A stretch of DNA of 64,000 nucleotides from Tubiluchus corallicola (Eukaryota > Animalia > Priapulida). Of the stretch, positions 1 to 15,023 are shown piece after piece. The notes below the pieces were generated by a model. The model had not been told where the DNA came from, ran no database searches, and saw nothing but the letters and a program-made list of their open reading frames with translations. A program made the position numbers and the translations under genes. Each line of letters starts with the position of its first letter. Positions within the stretch are counted from its first letter, which is position 1. Where the stretch lies: positions 62,001 through 126,000 of the forward strand of contig JAQGDQ010000518.1 in the NCBI GenBank assembly GCA_030141605.1, in the 5' to 3' direction.

Positions 1-575
1 TTCAAACCTTGATTATTAGAACAACGTATTTGGTACTTTCTTCATCCAAGTTCCCCTGATTAGAGTAAAATTCGTAAAAAAATCCCCATTTTGCTTTACA
101 ACTATTACAGTCGTTACTACCCAAGTAAGACAGCACTCGTGCAAACTGTTATTGCAAGACACAATGTCATCACTTGCAGAGAAATAGTTATTCTCCTGGA
201 AGAAATGCTGATTCCCGTAATAGATTCTGAAGCCTCCCTCTAACAAATTCCTTACTTATACGCAATTGATGGTAATCAGAAAATAATATCCCGCAAAATG
301 ACAAACGTTCACGGCTTCTGGCTTGCGGGGTTATTTTTTGCTATGTACGCATGAATAGAACAAGCGGTATGATTACCTATGCGTGTGAACGATCGAGGTT
401 ATAACTGAGTGGTCACGATTTATGCTTAACGGTCCAAGTAGAACACCGATTCTCGTGAAACAAGCGAATGGGTGGGCACCTGGAAAATACACCTGTAATT
501 TTGGTTTCAGTTTCTTAATTAGTTAGTTAAAGTTTGTTCTGTTACAGCAAAAAATCATACAACTGAAGACGTTAT

Positions 576-1013
576 AATAATTCTTTTCACAGCTTCGACG
601 TGCGCCCGGGCAGTTGCTGTAGGTCAAAGGTTAAGTGTACCACAGCAACGCGTCTTAACTACTACCTTCACGTAACATGTGGGTAAAGAAAAGCAGTCTG
701 CCTCATCAGTTCAGTAACTTCATTTGTTTTACGTGGACTTTACTTAAATATGCATTAACCTGTGCGTAGAGCGATTTACTAGCAAGATTTTGCTTAGGAA
801 GAAGAAACATGAACTAGGTAAGGTTCTAGCTAGCTGTTAAAACTGTTACAATTAAAATTGCATGGGTTCTAGCTAGCTGTTAAAATTGTTACAATTACAA
901 TTGCATGGGCTGCGAGGCATTATCAAGTGTACACAAATGCGTTGTTTAGTACACTTAACCTTTGAACCTTTTCATGATCACCATCAATCGCTGGAACTGT
1001 GAAAAGGATTATT
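576..1013 (+). mobile_element. MITE family A (non-autonomous DNA transposon)
   Basis: TIR aataattcttttcacag / ctgtgaaaaggattatt; subterminal inverted caaaggttaagtgtac / gtacacttaacctttg; related copies at 28959-29379 and 39712-40058. Confidence 0.8.
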
Positions 1014-1269
1014 ATGATTTGTTTTTCGAAGTCAAGTGATGTCGGATGTGAAAATTTTGATGACCTTTTTCTAGAGAAATGCGCCTGCCTTTTCATAAGA
1101 CTAAAAGAGTGGTGTGTGGAGTTGTTCTATAGAAGTTATAGACTAAGAATATGTCAGAAATACAACAAATCATCATCATTAAGCTGATAAATCAGATGTA
1201 GACAAATTTGAACAATATTTTAAAGTAGTTCGTCAAGACAAAGCGAAAGGGGGATTGATATTTAAGTGA

Positions 1270-2590
1270 AATTGATGTCAACAGTTGGCGCTGTGCAAGT
1301 TATGGCTCTTACTGCTCGAGTAGATGCACTGAAAGAAAAATTGATGTTCTCAACAAGAAACTCGACAGGCTACTAGCAATAGCAGTTGGAAACGAAATTG
1401 GATGCAAGTTTGCAAGTTATTTAGAAAACTTGTGTCGTCGATGTCAAAATGAATGGAAGATGTAAGCAGTTTGAAATCAAACAAAATGTTCTTGAAAGAT
1501 CACTTATAGAAGCAGAAGTTCGATGAATACGAAACAATTGATTATCCTATCCCATACCTGAATCAACAGATGAAAAATGTGAATTGCTAGTTAGACATTA
1601 AATGTCTAATTCTATGGGATTGGACATAAAAGTCGTTAGTTTATTTAAATTCGACAGAGTACACAGTGTGAGTTGCAAGGAAGAAAATAGCTCCAAAATA
1701 CGTTCAATCGTCGCTTAGATTTAATTTTTTTTCTCTGACAAGGAGCTAGTGCGGAACGTAGCACCAGTGCTAACAGGTTCAAAGCTAGGAGTAGCAGAGC
1801 AATACACCAGATATATTGTGTAGAAGAGGAAGAAATTATTCCCTATTATGCGTGTAGCAAGACAACAAGGGAAAAAGGCGCTGATCAAGATCGATCAATT
1901 ATATATAGATGGCGAGATTTACTAGGAAAACGATTGTGGTTTTGCATAGGGCTGGCATGACGAGCAATGCAAAAATGTTTCAAATTTCATTCATTCTGTT
2001 GATATGCAAAAAAGTGCATTGGGTAACGTTTTGAGGCAAAATTTGTTGAAAATTGAATGTATAAATGTTTGTGGATCTAGAAAAAAACTGTTGATTTTGA
2101 GGATTTTTAAGTAATTTTGATGTGTTAGGATTATCTGAAACAAAGTTACATAACTATGATAAGGTAGAAATTGGAAATTACACTTTTTTAGTAAGCCTAG
2201 AAAAAATTTCTGTGGTATTTCTGGCGGATTTGTTTTTTTTTTATTAAGAATAATGTGGTTTCCAGAACAGAAGTCTTAAATGGTCGTGCTGATACTGTAT
2301 TATGGTGTAAATTAAAAGATGTCTGTGATAATGACTGTATATTATTAAGTTTCATTTACATACCGCCGGAAGGTTCGAGGTATGCCAGCGATTCAATTTT
2401 TATACAATTGGTATTGATTGAATTGATCTTAGTAATGATCTACCTATTTGTTTACTAGGTGATTTTAATGCCCTTACTGATACTTTGCTTAATTTCGAAA
2501 ATTTTGATAATGATATTTTCGATAATATAAATCTTGATGAAGACATTAGACTTCAGCTAACAAATGAAACAAATTTAAATGGTTACTTAG
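1270..2590 (+). mobile_element. Decayed 5' part of a LINE (CR1/L2-like): ORF1 plus AP endonuclease
   Basis: ORF1 remnants (FDRVH, GVAEQYT, RKKLFPIMRVARQQGKKALIKIDQLYIDG) and endonuclease motifs (INVCG, LGLSETK, IYIPPEGSRY, LLGDFNA); many stops and frameshifts. Confidence 0.85.
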
Positions 2591-3827
2591 TACTTAAGGC
2601 AAACGAAATCAATGTGCCACGGGGGAGACTAGGTCTACAAGCTTTTTATTTCAGGGTTTATCTGCTGCCTTACAAAGAGGTAATGCGATAAGCGTAATGG
2701 GAAAAATACCTCCATCTGAAAAGCTTGAAGAAATTATGAACGTTATTGTCCGTATTTCACTTTATTGTCCTCTTATCCTTGACTGTAGCAAAAACCTCAT
2801 TTTTTAGGAGATTACTTTACGACAAAACTTTAATAACGTGTCTATTTTACAACTTTTTAAATTCGACTGCTCACTTTTACATTGTAATAATACTTGTAAT
2901 ATGGTATTTGTTGTCAGATAATTGTATAGTTTATTATTTATGTTTTCAAACTTTCTGTAGAGATTAGTGTTAAATGTGCAGTAATATATATATATAGGCC
3001 ATAGTGTTCCCATCTCGGCTGGTGAATTTTTTTATTGTTCCACTAGCACAAATTTCATGCTTCAATGCAAGTTTTTCTACTAACAAATTACTTTAACATG
3101 ATAAATATTGAAATCTGATATGTATTCTATGCCCAAGTTTTGTTAGTCAAGCGAACAATTCTATTAATATATTATTATGTATGTAAATGCATGAATATTT
3201 TTTTAATTTAAATGTTTTAGGAATCTTTTGAAGTGGCTTTGGGGCCGGACGCCAAAGAACGCGCCTTTTATTATTTAGGCATGAGCCTTTCGTTACATGT
3301 CTAAATGAAAAAGGTAAATGTATTATTTTGTCATTATGACGAACGAAAGTATGCGTCCATTATAAGCTTAGACGAGCAAAGCAAATAATGGATCTATATA
3401 ACTGAGTTTATTGTTGAGCTTACGACTGTAATGTCTTATGGCCGCATAAACCTCAGCTGTCTCCTCTCTTGAGAATGAGATGACGAAGTAAGTGCGTCTA
3501 TAAATCTTAACTGACCGATGTAGTTGCAAAGCTTTCTCAGCATGGAAACTTTTGTGTGTTAGATGGGCTATTACTTTTTGACGCATTTTGCAAAAAGGTA
3601 AATACTGTAACTATTAAAGACTCCGTATAACTCTGGTGGTGTTTTGAAGTGTTACGAGGACCGCACTGGCTATCTATATCTTAACAATATGTTCGTTTTA
3701 AATTCTTGTAAAGATTTTTATTTATTTTTATTCGGTCCGGTTTTTTTCTGTTTAGACATTTAGCCGGAATCTGAATTCAGGCAACTTTAGCCTTTTAACT
3801 TTATTGAATCTCGTATCAGGGCTACTA

Positions 3828-3835
3828 GGTTGTTG

Positions 3836-3870
<35 letters not shown>

Positions 3871-3906
3871 GTTGTTGTTGTTATTATTATTATTATTATT
3901 ATTGTT

Positions 3907-3959
<53 letters not shown>
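3828..3959. repeat. (ATT)n/(GTT)n microsatellite
   Basis: Direct reading. Confidence 0.95.
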
Positions 3960-6420
3960 ACATGTATTATTTAAAAACAGCGAACTTAAATTTATTATCC
4001 TAACACACAAATAAACAATAGCAGTCGTTTAGATGGCCCTCGTCTGCGACTTAGCTTGTTTTTCCTTAATTACTTGATGTGCACATAAACCTGCGTTTCA
4101 CTTATTTAGGCAATTAAGATTTCCAACATCACTGTTTTGATTGCTTTGCTAGGGGCATGAATTCTCCCAGTCGAATGTCTACTTATAAGCGCGTAATGGA
4201 CAATCAGTGAATCCTGGTGAACGAATGAAGGAATTAAAGCCAACTATATAGCCATGAAGATACAGCACTAAATACAATAACTCGTTTAGCGTGACAAAAA
4301 AGATAACCTAAAAAAAACACTGTTATTTGTATTCCCAATCGATTTGTATTCAGAAACATTTTATGCAACGTGAAATGACCTAGAGCTTATTGAGGTGCAC
4401 ATGTTTCAATGTAAACACGGCAGAGTGAGGCAGACTTGTGCTTTGTTCTCTTTTATGAGCTATAGATGTTACTATCATGACGCCATCATTCCTGTGTTGG
4501 TCTCTTACTGCTGCTAGTGCTTTACGAGTCATATTTGTCTACATTCCCTTTTTACCCGAATATCTTGCTTTGTTGTTTACTTTTACACCTTTCAAAGTTC
4601 GTCTTTCTTTCACTTTTCACGACCTACACTTGATCGTTTCCAGTGTGTAGAATCTGTTATCTCTAAGTTATAGTTTTTAATCTGGCTTTCACTCTCAGCC
4701 TGTTACATAACCTTCGATACGCGCGTTTTAATTCTGTCATATATAAATCGCATGATGGTAAAGAGGTTCAATATTAGACACACACCGACCTAAGCAACAT
4801 TGCTTTCATCAAAATACAGCCGAAGGCCTATCAGTGGCACGTGTAATAGCATTACGACTACTTTAAGTAAAATCTAATATCATAAGCCGTAATCGTAGTA
4901 TAATGGCCTATAACAGCAAACAAATTAAAGCCCGTATATCTAACCGTAAATAAAATATTTGCTGAGCTCTCAGCCGAGCAGTTGATTAAAATTTGACGAG
5001 TCATCAGACTATTGTTGCAGCGCAGTGAAAGATGAACAAATCATTGGTAAGTCTACAGAGACCAGTTTTATATCGGCTTCCTTCTGAAATGCCACTAATG
5101 GACAAATTACGTTCGTAGGTAAAAGGTTACAGTAAGCTGCAAACGGCTTCCCTGTGAAAGTCGAGTAGCGCCGAATCTGGATGGTAAATGGACCGCTGAC
5201 CACCTGGAAAACTGCTGCTTCCATACTAGCTTCTGCCTACTTGTTTCGTTAGCGTGGGGCGGGAGGGTACAGCCCCAAACTATGCTAAAAATACCTATGC
5301 TGATTCAGCATCTTAGAGGGATATTTTCAATGATAAGCAAGTGTCTGCACCTGGTGCAATTAGTAGCCTATCTGGTCATTAAGTGCTGCATCCACTTTTG
5401 CAGCATGCCGAACTTTATTAAGAAATTAAACAAACGTTTAGTCTCAAAGCTCTTTACTAATAAAGAATTAACTTACAGTTAGGTGATGAAAATGCTGTAT
5501 CTATATAATAGTATATTTAATTCAGCTTCTTAGCCATTTAGTTACTAGTTGAGAAATCTAGTTTGAATAGATATTGAAGGTTGTGCAATCATCAGGTTTA
5601 GCGTTTGAGGTGTATGTATAGACATTGTGAATGCTGCGTGTGCACTGGGGTTGCTGAGAAAACTGCAGTTTCTTCGATGTTGTGACGACAATTTATCTCA
5701 TCCAGAAAGGCGTCAGTGTCTCATCTCATCTTAGTGTGCTAGGTTCCGGTCCTGTCAAAATCATAAATAACAGCGGACTGCATTGTATATTTCATGTACT
5801 GTATGGACTTGTCAATGTCGTATTCACATGGGTGTGAAAAGTTGTATATATACAAGTCAGTATGCTGCCAGCCATTACAGATAGGGTCACTCAGGATCAT
5901 GTCAAATGGACGCTGGTCACTAATTACTTACAATGGGACGTCCATAAGCTTTATATCAACCACGTCGTAAGCTTGAAGTGCGCTTGAGTTTAATCCAGCG
6001 TAAGTTAATTGATTTTGATTGCAATGCACTTTTGTCTTTGATTTTTTTTTAAAAGCAATTTACAGAGTTCAAGCTCACCTAGAACAAAGCAGTAACATTC
6101 TTGCAGGAACAGCATGAAACTCTCGAAGCATCGTTATCATGTCTCGTAAAAAAGTCTTAAAACACGTCGAGAAAACTATTATCTGAGAAAGATGCTTTTT
6201 GTATTCAGTTACTACAACATTGTTATTTCTAAGCGTCAAACCACAAATGAGACACTTTTAATATGTTTACTATATAATTGCTGAATTAATTAAGAATGTT
6301 ATTTCAAATTAGGGAGGGTGCACAAATCAGCTAACGAACTTCGTACCTATTGGGTTACCCAAAGATCCATCACTTCTTCACCGGGTGTATGAGAGTCATC
6401 TAGTAGGTGTCCAGGTTTGC

Positions 6421-6960
6421 TTAAAGGACAAGACAACACTTTTACTACCTTTAAATAAGCTATTAAAGTGCTAAAATTATCTTGAAATTTTGCATCACAT
6501 ACATATTGTCTTATAGCGCATAGAGCTTGTATTAGCAGCAACGCTGTATAAAACTTGTTAATTTAAACTCCCACGATGACCTTTAGGCGCAGCCATTTTA
6601 CCGGCAAGTTGTATGACGTAAGCTCAAATAACAATGCGTAAAGTTCGAAAATAATAATCAGAGCTTTCATAGCTCTGCCAGCCTTGCTAGCTGGTGCGAA
6701 CATTAAATTTTTAAATTATTAAGAAATTTTCGTTTTTAGTTACATATGTCTGTCAAACGAATAAGCTTAATACTATGTAACATAGCTTTGTAGGGAAAGT
6801 CTTTTAAAATTTTGTTTTACTTGAGAATACGTTTAGTTTGAAAATCTTAATTTCTTTAGACTTCAAAATTGTTTCCAGTATGAAACTTGCAACTTGACAA
6901 AAACCGCCTCTCTTACAGAAACATGGCCACTTCCGTTTCACCTTCACCGCTTTCCGCCCA
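6421..6960. mobile_element. Kolobok-like non-autonomous element, family B (partial)
   Basis: Starts ttaaaggacaag; body similar to 15885-16551 and to the reverse complement of 44099-44752. Confidence 0.6.
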
Positions 6961-9156
6961 CAATCCTCATTAATCTTGCTCTGCGTAATTCTTCAACATG
7001 TGCTTAAACGGTTTTTACACAATCTTTACATGTAAGTAACGAGCCAAGATTATAATAGCTAATGCATTAAACTGCTGATTGCACATCTTTAATCCATTAT
7101 GACAGCAGGTGCGTCTCAAGTGAGAAATGCGTTTTATTCGTATCATGCGCTGCTGCTTTCAGTTTGCTAAATGTAGCGGTGTGTAAGTAATTGAATTTCC
7201 TATATATGCACACTTGAACACACATACTACACTACGCTACAATACACTACACCCTATACATGTACATATCTAATGTACAAAGTATTGTAGAAACGTGTAC
7301 GGCAGATTTAATTTATAGATAGCAATCAGCTATTAGATGTTTAGCGTAGACATCGGATATTGCAAGACTTTAACACATTATAAGCAGAGACAGGAGGTTT
7401 TGTTCATATGTGACAAGATAATCATGAAAGCAAATTACACGCACGTCATGTAATTAATTAATAGTTCATAAAAGGTTTTGACATTTAAAACGCTAGCGAA
7501 GAAAACCGGAAAGACTGATGTGATCTGTGCTAATGATAATTATTAAAACTGCGTATTTTAAGCACTGCTCTTAAAAGCATTTTGTGAAAAAATGAATTAT
7601 TTTAAAACTTGCAAATTGGTGTTGTCTCATTTAATTATGCTAATTCATTACTCACTGAGTGCAACATCCAATCTATTAGCAGCAAATGTTGCTGTTGATG
7701 CACGAAAGTACGATTGTGCTACACTTTCTACGTTTCACATGGACTGGCGACCGATTAGAGTTAATTACATAAATTGTTAATTCTCACCTATAAAGTCTTG
7801 AATGGACTTTCTCCTGTTTAACATTCTAATATGTTATATGAACGCAACTATTATAAGGACACGCGGGCAACCGGACACCCCACATTACTTTTGGTACCTG
7901 TTAATCATAAAAACAGGGGGGTATTCTTCCAAATGCACTCAATTGCTGGAATTCTTTGCCTCAATATCTCAAAACTGTTTCTACTATCTAACTACGTGTA
8001 AATAAAAAACGTTTGAAGATCTATCTGTTTAAAAATTATTATGATCAATTCCAACTCTTGTAAACTTCAATAAGAACCAACTTTGTTGCGGTAAATTCTT
8101 TGCTTGTGCGGGATTTTTGCTTTTTGCCCAAAAATTTTTAATACTTTTAATGGCATGATGTTTGCTTAATTATGTACAAATTGTAATTATGATATTTACT
8201 GTTTTACTGTAATGTCGTTATTACTGTACTACATTGAAAGTAGGCTACTTGAAGGTGAGCTTTATAAAAATAAACTTTATTATTTATTAATTATTATCAT
8301 AATATGACAGCAAAACTACGATCCATTAATTCTTCCACGAATGATCAAGAATGCGCGAACATTCCACCCCTCTCTCGTTTCTTGTTTGTACAGCAACTTT
8401 ATAAAGAAACAATAAGGTAGGTCTCTGTTGAAATATTTTCTGCACTTTTTGCTCTCCTGACAAAGTATCGATATAAATTGAAGAAAAAAAATGTTGTTCT
8501 GAGAGTGTGCCCGTTTTTTCTGAGACTCGCAAATAACTCCAAATACCCACTTTTCCCGAAAACATCTGAACAAATATCCCAAAATTCTCATGTCAATGTC
8601 GTAAAACAGAGTCAGTGAAACATTCTGTCCCTCCCTATAAGCAAAACTCCCTATCTGCCAATCGGACCCTCATCAGAATGGAAATTCAAGCTGTACCTAA
8701 TCCGTCAGCAATCACAACCCATTCTCTACATTACGAAGTTATAACTCCTGCAAAAAATCCGAAAACGACCAAATTAAGATTTGGCAGCGTGCCATATTTC
8801 TCATTCACGCAATGATCACCTTGGGGAGTTGTTTTAACCAAGACTATCTCATGAAAATGTTTTTATGATGCTAAATAAAAGCGGTAATGCATGTTGGACA
8901 CCTTAGCGTTTTACACTAGTAAGCTCTTACACAACTCTTGCTAAAAATAATGGTTTTTTTTCTATGGTGTGATAACATTGCATTAGCATCAGCAGCATCT
9001 GCAGAAGCGAAATACTTGCTATTTAAAAACACATCATGTTGCTTAAATGCTCGTCATTGGCACGAATACTCGTGCATTAGGCGGAGGGGGGTACTAAAAT
9101 AGAAGATTTCAAAAGAAGGATGATATAAAGTCTTAGTGTGTCAGGTCCGCCCATCG

Positions 9157-9274
9157 GTCAGTCAGTCAGTCAGTCAGTCAGTCAGTCAGTCAGTCAGTCA
9201 ATCAGTCAGTCAATCAGTCAGTCAGTCAGTCAGTCAGTATGTTAGTCAGTTGTTAGTCAGTCAGTCAGTCAGTC
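9157..9274. repeat. (CAGT)n microsatellite
   Basis: Direct reading. Confidence 0.95.
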
Positions 9275-9749
9275 CATACGCCTAACAATTATTTCATGAA
9301 ATTGCTGTCCGTTGCGAAAATGAAAATCGTTTTTTACTTTTGTTTCTAATTCCGTTCTTGCCTCGCATTCCTTGACTCTGTTTCACAATTTCATTCTTCT
9401 TGAATTCTCTAAAGTTTTAATTTATTTATTGCAAGCCCTGAAGACGTTGTTTGCATTCTGAACGTCTGGCGAAGTTCTTGCAATAGTCTCGTGCTTCGTT
9501 GCGTTTCATTAGTGTTTGAGAGAGTACTTGAATACCTTCGGGTCGTTTTACAGTGACCGTCTCGACCAGGTTTCGTCTTTGGGGACAATAAATATGATTT
9601 TGCTGTCAAACACGAATCATGGGATTGGTTGACTATATCATGCAGCTTCGTATTCAGTCTTGTATAATAGTTTTTAAGAAAAGATTGATAAAATTACTCT
9701 AAATACAGTTACACAGCATCTAAAATTGGCAAAACATATATTTAAAATT

Positions 9750-10380
9750 TTAAAAGAAAACCGGACGCAATCTTAAACTGTAGGTCAAAACAATCGACTC
9801 TTTAAAATATTGAAAGTGAACTTACTATTTTTTTAAAGAATGACTTACATGAAAGAATTATTGCCACACAAAAGTAATTTGGTGATCCCGCGGCTATTTC
9901 TTCGCTGCTACGTGCATTTCGCCATTCGCTAGCACCTACATTTCGGAAACGCATTGTATGAAAAACAGGTGCTGTACCAATGAATTCAGAAGCGTTCGTT
10001 TCTGACATAATACATTACGTCTGAAAACACATGCGTGAGCACAACGGTAGAATTAAAATTTCAAGTTTTATCTTAAAATTTGCCGAGTTTTTGTATATCA
10101 CACTTAATGTTATACAGTAGCACTGTACTTCAACTTTCGCTTTCCCAAATACGTATATGGTTTATGAAATGTTTGTGCTGTTGAAAATTACGTTCACTTG
10201 TTACGTCATCACTATCTGTGCTCGGTCGCCTTTCATTAAGAAATCACCTATTATTTAATTATCAGAAACGCTTTGGCTTTATTATAGATGTTAAAATGCA
10301 TACTTTTATCGTACTGAAAATAGTGTAGAATATAAAAAATCGTCTTGTTTTGCATTAAACATGCAATTTAAAGATTACTA
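9750..10380. mobile_element. Dispersed repeat family D (Kolobok-like), inverted relative to 26652-27287
   Basis: Shared blocks, e.g. aaactgtaggtcaaaaca, gcatttcgccattcg, tttcggaaac, gtagcactgtacttcaa. Confidence 0.65.
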
Positions 10381-10859
10381 AACACAATTTGAGAATAAGA
10401 TCTGAACAAAATTTGCACAAACATGCAGTGATTAGCAAAGTACAAAGAAAAAGTTATTGACAGCTAAATAAACAGTAAGGAATAAATCTTTTTTATCGTT
10501 CAGCTTATTAACTGATGAGCAAAATAAAAAAATAAATCACTTCAAACCAGCAAACCAATTCATGGGTCAACACGCCTAAAGGTTTCGTGATATTTCGGTC
10601 CACATAGCCCGCCCGCCCACGAGCCACTGCCATTAATGATGCATTTGAGCTAATTATTTATAATCTTAATATCAAGATTGTTATTAATGCTGGTTCAAAT
10701 CCTTATTGTTTATTCCCATAGCTCATTCCTTGAATTCCCCACAGGAGATTCAGACTCAACGTTAATCAAATTCAGGCCCTAATTAGTTGGAATAGCTCTA
10801 GCGTCAGTGGTCTAACATTGGCAATACTGAAATGATGAACTTTGGACTGTCTTGATCGC

Positions 10860-10939
10860 TGGGAACGTGGTAGTCTAACGGTCTAAAACGTCTGCCTTAA
10901 AAGCAGACGGTCCCTAGTTCAAATCCAGGCTGCCATCCA
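10860..10939 (+). mobile_element. tRNA-derived SINE head or tRNA pseudogene
   Basis: A box TAGTCTAACGG, stem TCTGC-cttaaaa-GCAGA, B box GTTCAAATCC, ends in CCA; acceptor stem is broken. Confidence 0.65.
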
Positions 10940-11260
10940 ACTTTTCATATTTCATGTGTTTCAAGTTTGATTTTAAAACTTGGGGTTTTTATCGCCTTAT
11001 GAGTAACGAAGTGTCGAAGATTATAAATGATTACACAATTAGGGTTATCTGGTTTGGTTGTAAAACAGTGTTTTGTTGAGGAGCCAGCGGACTATTAAGT
11101 ATTAAGCAACTATGAGCTGAAGACTGAATTGGCTGTTTGTAATTTTACTGAAGGACCAATAAGGGGAAGGCAGTGAAAACGAAGGCACCATACAATACTC
11201 ATTGTGGCAATAAACAAGGGATCCAGAAACGATGTCACCACCACATATAGGTGATGTAGC

Positions 11261-11630
11261 TTCTATGGGTCTCTTGCACTTAAAGGTTATTAGAAGAATG
11301 GGTGTGGACTTCTATGAAGTTGCACTTGAAGGTTATTAGAAGAATGGGTGTGGACTTCTATGAAGTTGCACTTGAAGGTTATTAGAAGGATGGGTGTGGA
11401 CTTCTATGAAGTTGCACTTGAAGGTTATTAGAAGAATGGGTGAGGACTTCTATGGAGTTCTTACGCTTGAAGGTTATTAGAAGAATGGGTGTGGACTTCT
11501 ACGGAGCTCTTGCACTTAAAGGTTATTAGAAGAATGGGTGTGGACTTCTATGAAGTTGCACTTGAAGGTTATTAGAAGAATGGGTGAGGACTTCTATGGA
11601 GTTCTTACGCTTGAAGATTATTAGAATAAT
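11261..11630. repeat. 46/48-bp minisatellite, about 7-8 copies
   Basis: Unit tgcacttgaaggttattagaagaatgggtgtggacttctatgaagt. Confidence 0.93.
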
Positions 11631-14600
11631 GGAGACGAATGTCTAAATTGATGTGAACATCGATCTTCGACAGGTAAATATTCTTTTTTATTCTGGTTGT
11701 TCGAAGAAAAACAGACTTTTCAACAAAATGTCAAACTGACTGGCTCAATTATGAGTTTTTATTGCACCCATTTCCTAAAAGACTGTAACCTGACTAAACA
11801 ACATAAACACTGTGCTAATGATTTACGACGTCTCTTACTCCAAATTCAGACGAGCGTAGATGAAGTGATGTTTACAATAGCTGCCAATAAACATTATTTA
11901 CTGGAGAAGTTCATATAATGTCGGCCTAAAATGGCGCCTTGCAGCGCGGCGGCAGTTTTTGCTTTCTTACATTTTTATGATGGCACTGTTCTTGAAAATG
12001 AAATTTGTTTATAATTTCTTTATCGTGTTTACATTATTTTTAACGCATTTATGCTTAACAGTTCAATGCTCTGTAGATGGGTACCCACTAACTCTTCAAG
12101 AGTCTAGGCTCGTCAGTCTTTTGGTAAATTTTGAATCCCATTAACAGATTACTGGCTCAGAATGTGCTTACATTAATAACAACAAACAGGCTATTATCAA
12201 CACGCAATTTTTTCGTTTTTCTTCAAGAAAACATTGAACATTTATTTTGTAAACAGTAAACGCAGTTACTAAAATTAGCTTTGGCCACCCGTTGATAAAA
12301 CTTTGATTTTGATTTCTCGCAGCACAGTAGAGAACCCTTTCCGTTTTATGTTACTATAATACCACGAGCTTTACGTTTAAATTTTGCTAACCAGTAGCTA
12401 GCTTAATGGAAAAGGTTCCCGCTATTTCTCCGTAAGACCGAGACGCTAATTCCGCTGTTGCTAGACAAGAAACCTCCGCAATTTTCCTACCAGGACTGTG
12501 TATTGTTAGGTGAATATTGGATATTATTGAATATTGGATGCGCTATGTGAATAATTATTCAAAAAGTTTAGCAATGAATGTTTCACATCACCTGCTTAAT
12601 AGCGAAATAGCTCCAATGCAGTGATAAAGAACTCCATAAAACGATGTTTATGACATCACAACATTACCGTTTTGCTTTTCAAAGTGAGCGGACGCTTAAA
12701 ATCACCTGTCTGCTGCCGCCTAACGCCTTGTCGCCTACGTGTAAAAATGCCCTAACTAACGTTGCCGCTTCACTTTCAGGAGATAATTGTACAATCACTG
12801 CTGTTCCTATGAAATCGCTAAGCGCTTGCTACATTCCTGCATTAAATAAAACAATCGCTTGGAACATGTGAAGATCTGAACAAACACATCAGAAATTCTT
12901 GCGGAAGACGACATACTCTCTTGCGACTTTAAACAAAAGCTGGGAAGAAGCCTGAAGAACTATCTGTACAGCTGTGAAATGAACGTCTATCACAGAAACT
13001 GTCCCTAGACTGCACCTGTGAGATGAAAGATTTTAACAATTCTGCTACTGCAAAGCTGAAATTTTAGTTGACAATTTACTGATTTGGTAAAGGTGTAATA
13101 ATAAAAGGGAAATTTTTGAAATACCTGCCACTGATTAACAAAGCATGAAGTGTTAAGATATAGTTTCTTAGCTGATGTGATGAAGTAGTAAAAATTTATG
13201 GGTTGTTCGTTTGCGAGTAAGTCTATAGAACCGTTCATTTCGCGATACGTTGTTCTCGTTCACGTAGTAGAAAACTTTATCATTTGCTCATTGCGAAGTA
13301 AACAATGCGTACGAAATTTTCAGAAATTTGGATTCATGACAACCGTGAATTTTCATTACCTGTTAACAGCTAGCTTATTAACATCATTTCACCAAAGTTT
13401 TCTTATATCGTCTTGATCGTCACGCCCTAGAGCATGGCCACAAGGTATTCTTTTTTTCGAAAATTTAATTTCCTTCCAAGATGTATATTGCGTTCTAATG
13501 ACATTTTTTTAATTATTATAAGTTTTTATTAAACTTCTATTTGCAGGAATACAATCTTACAACATCTTAGTTTGATTAACCTGCTTGTTCTAATGACAAG
13601 TAGATACTTTAAATAGTTTAGTAATAAATTTTACAAAGCAAAGCCAAAAACGCAACGACTATAATGAGAAAGAATGGAGAGACAGAGAAAGAGATAAAAG
13701 AGAAAGATACGAGAGACAGAAAGGGAGAGGGGGAGTAAAAAGAAAGAGACAGTAGGTGGGAAGGCGGCAAAGGCGAAAAGAGATAAAGAGAGATACAGAG
13801 AAAGAGAGGCAGAGAGAAAGAGAGAGAGGGGAGAGAAAGAAGGTTATAGAAAACAGTCGCACCTTGTTTGAAATGACTCTGTGAGTGTAGCCCGTTTTGC
13901 TAGTTATTGTAAATAGCTGACAGAAGAGCAGACAGAAGGCTACAAATTTGGCACATCATGTTACGGTAGCACTTTCCATGTTAACGGTAAATAGTGTTCT
14001 AAACAACACATACTGTCAGCTTTGCAGAAAACACTAAATGGGCGTGTAAACCAATGCTTCGCATTCCGGATCAGTTCTGTAAAATTTCCTTATCAAAGTT
14101 AATTGTTACAAATATGTCACTCCGTTTGATGTAAAGTTAATCGCTGTGGTTTTAGTCTTATTCTTAGAGATGGTAGTCTATTCTTTTACAGAAAGATGGT
14201 AGAAGTTTCAAACGTGCAAATTCTGCACTCCTTAGCTTACTAGTGAACTCGGCCAGCGGGTGGCAGGAATTAGCTCGTGTTCTCTCCCGTCTGTTCCCGG
14301 GATAGTGTAACAGTCCCGGAAGAGAAGGCATCGGTTTGTCAACAAACTGGTTCATAAAAACATTACAGTAATTCTACGTGGTTCTCGTGTTACTGTCATC
14401 TGCAGATGCACAACTATTTTGTATATTGAATCTTGAGCCAGCAAGCCAGCAATGTTCAACTAGCCACGAATTGATAGAATGTGTCAGGCGTACAATAGCT
14501 GTTAGCTGCTTTGCAAATTGAAATTTTATTGAGATCAGCACTCGAGTCAACGGGGGGAAAGTCACGAGAGAAAGTGAATTTTTCATTATAACTCGTTGTT

Positions 14601-15023
14601 GAATATAAACGTGTGCTACTCCAGCTACACATATGTCGGAGATATAAGTTCCGATTTTAATTAATAGTATAATCTTTGCTATAGCTTAGACGTAACGTGA
14701 ATGTGAACACAATTATACGCTGTAGTAGGATAATTTAATGCCATCTTAACTTATTTTACATAATAGGTTCAGTTTTACAGGCCATAGTCTCACTCTCGAG
14801 ATGGTGACAGAAGGCGAGAGAGGGGGGAAACCAGAGGAAAGAGGTTGAGCCTAAAAGAGAGGGGAGAGACGGAACGAAGGAGAAGGCGAAACGAAAGACA
14901 AAAAGAGGGGGAACGAAAGACAGAAAAAGAGAGAAAACAGTGATGGAGGGAAAAGAAGAATGCACATAAAGACGAAATCAGCAGACTGAGGTGGTTTTAA
15001 AATGCGACAAGAAACAAAAAAAA

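Noticed and set aside
16-246. 76-aa minus-strand ORF
   Set aside because: It has a non-ATG start, no recognisable domain and no supporting splice pattern
8316-8591. KWVFG motif suggesting a Merlin/ISXO2 transposase
   Set aside because: No further catalytic motifs or TIRs could be found
10860-10939. Functional tRNA with anticodon TAA
   Set aside because: The acceptor stem is mismatched and there is no long variable arm as expected for Leu, so it fits a SINE head or pseudogene
11261-11630. CRISPR-like appearance of the 46-bp array (also the arrays at 33575-34246 and 17385-17840)
   Set aside because: These are head-to-tail repeats with no unique spacers and no cas genes, in a eukaryotic context
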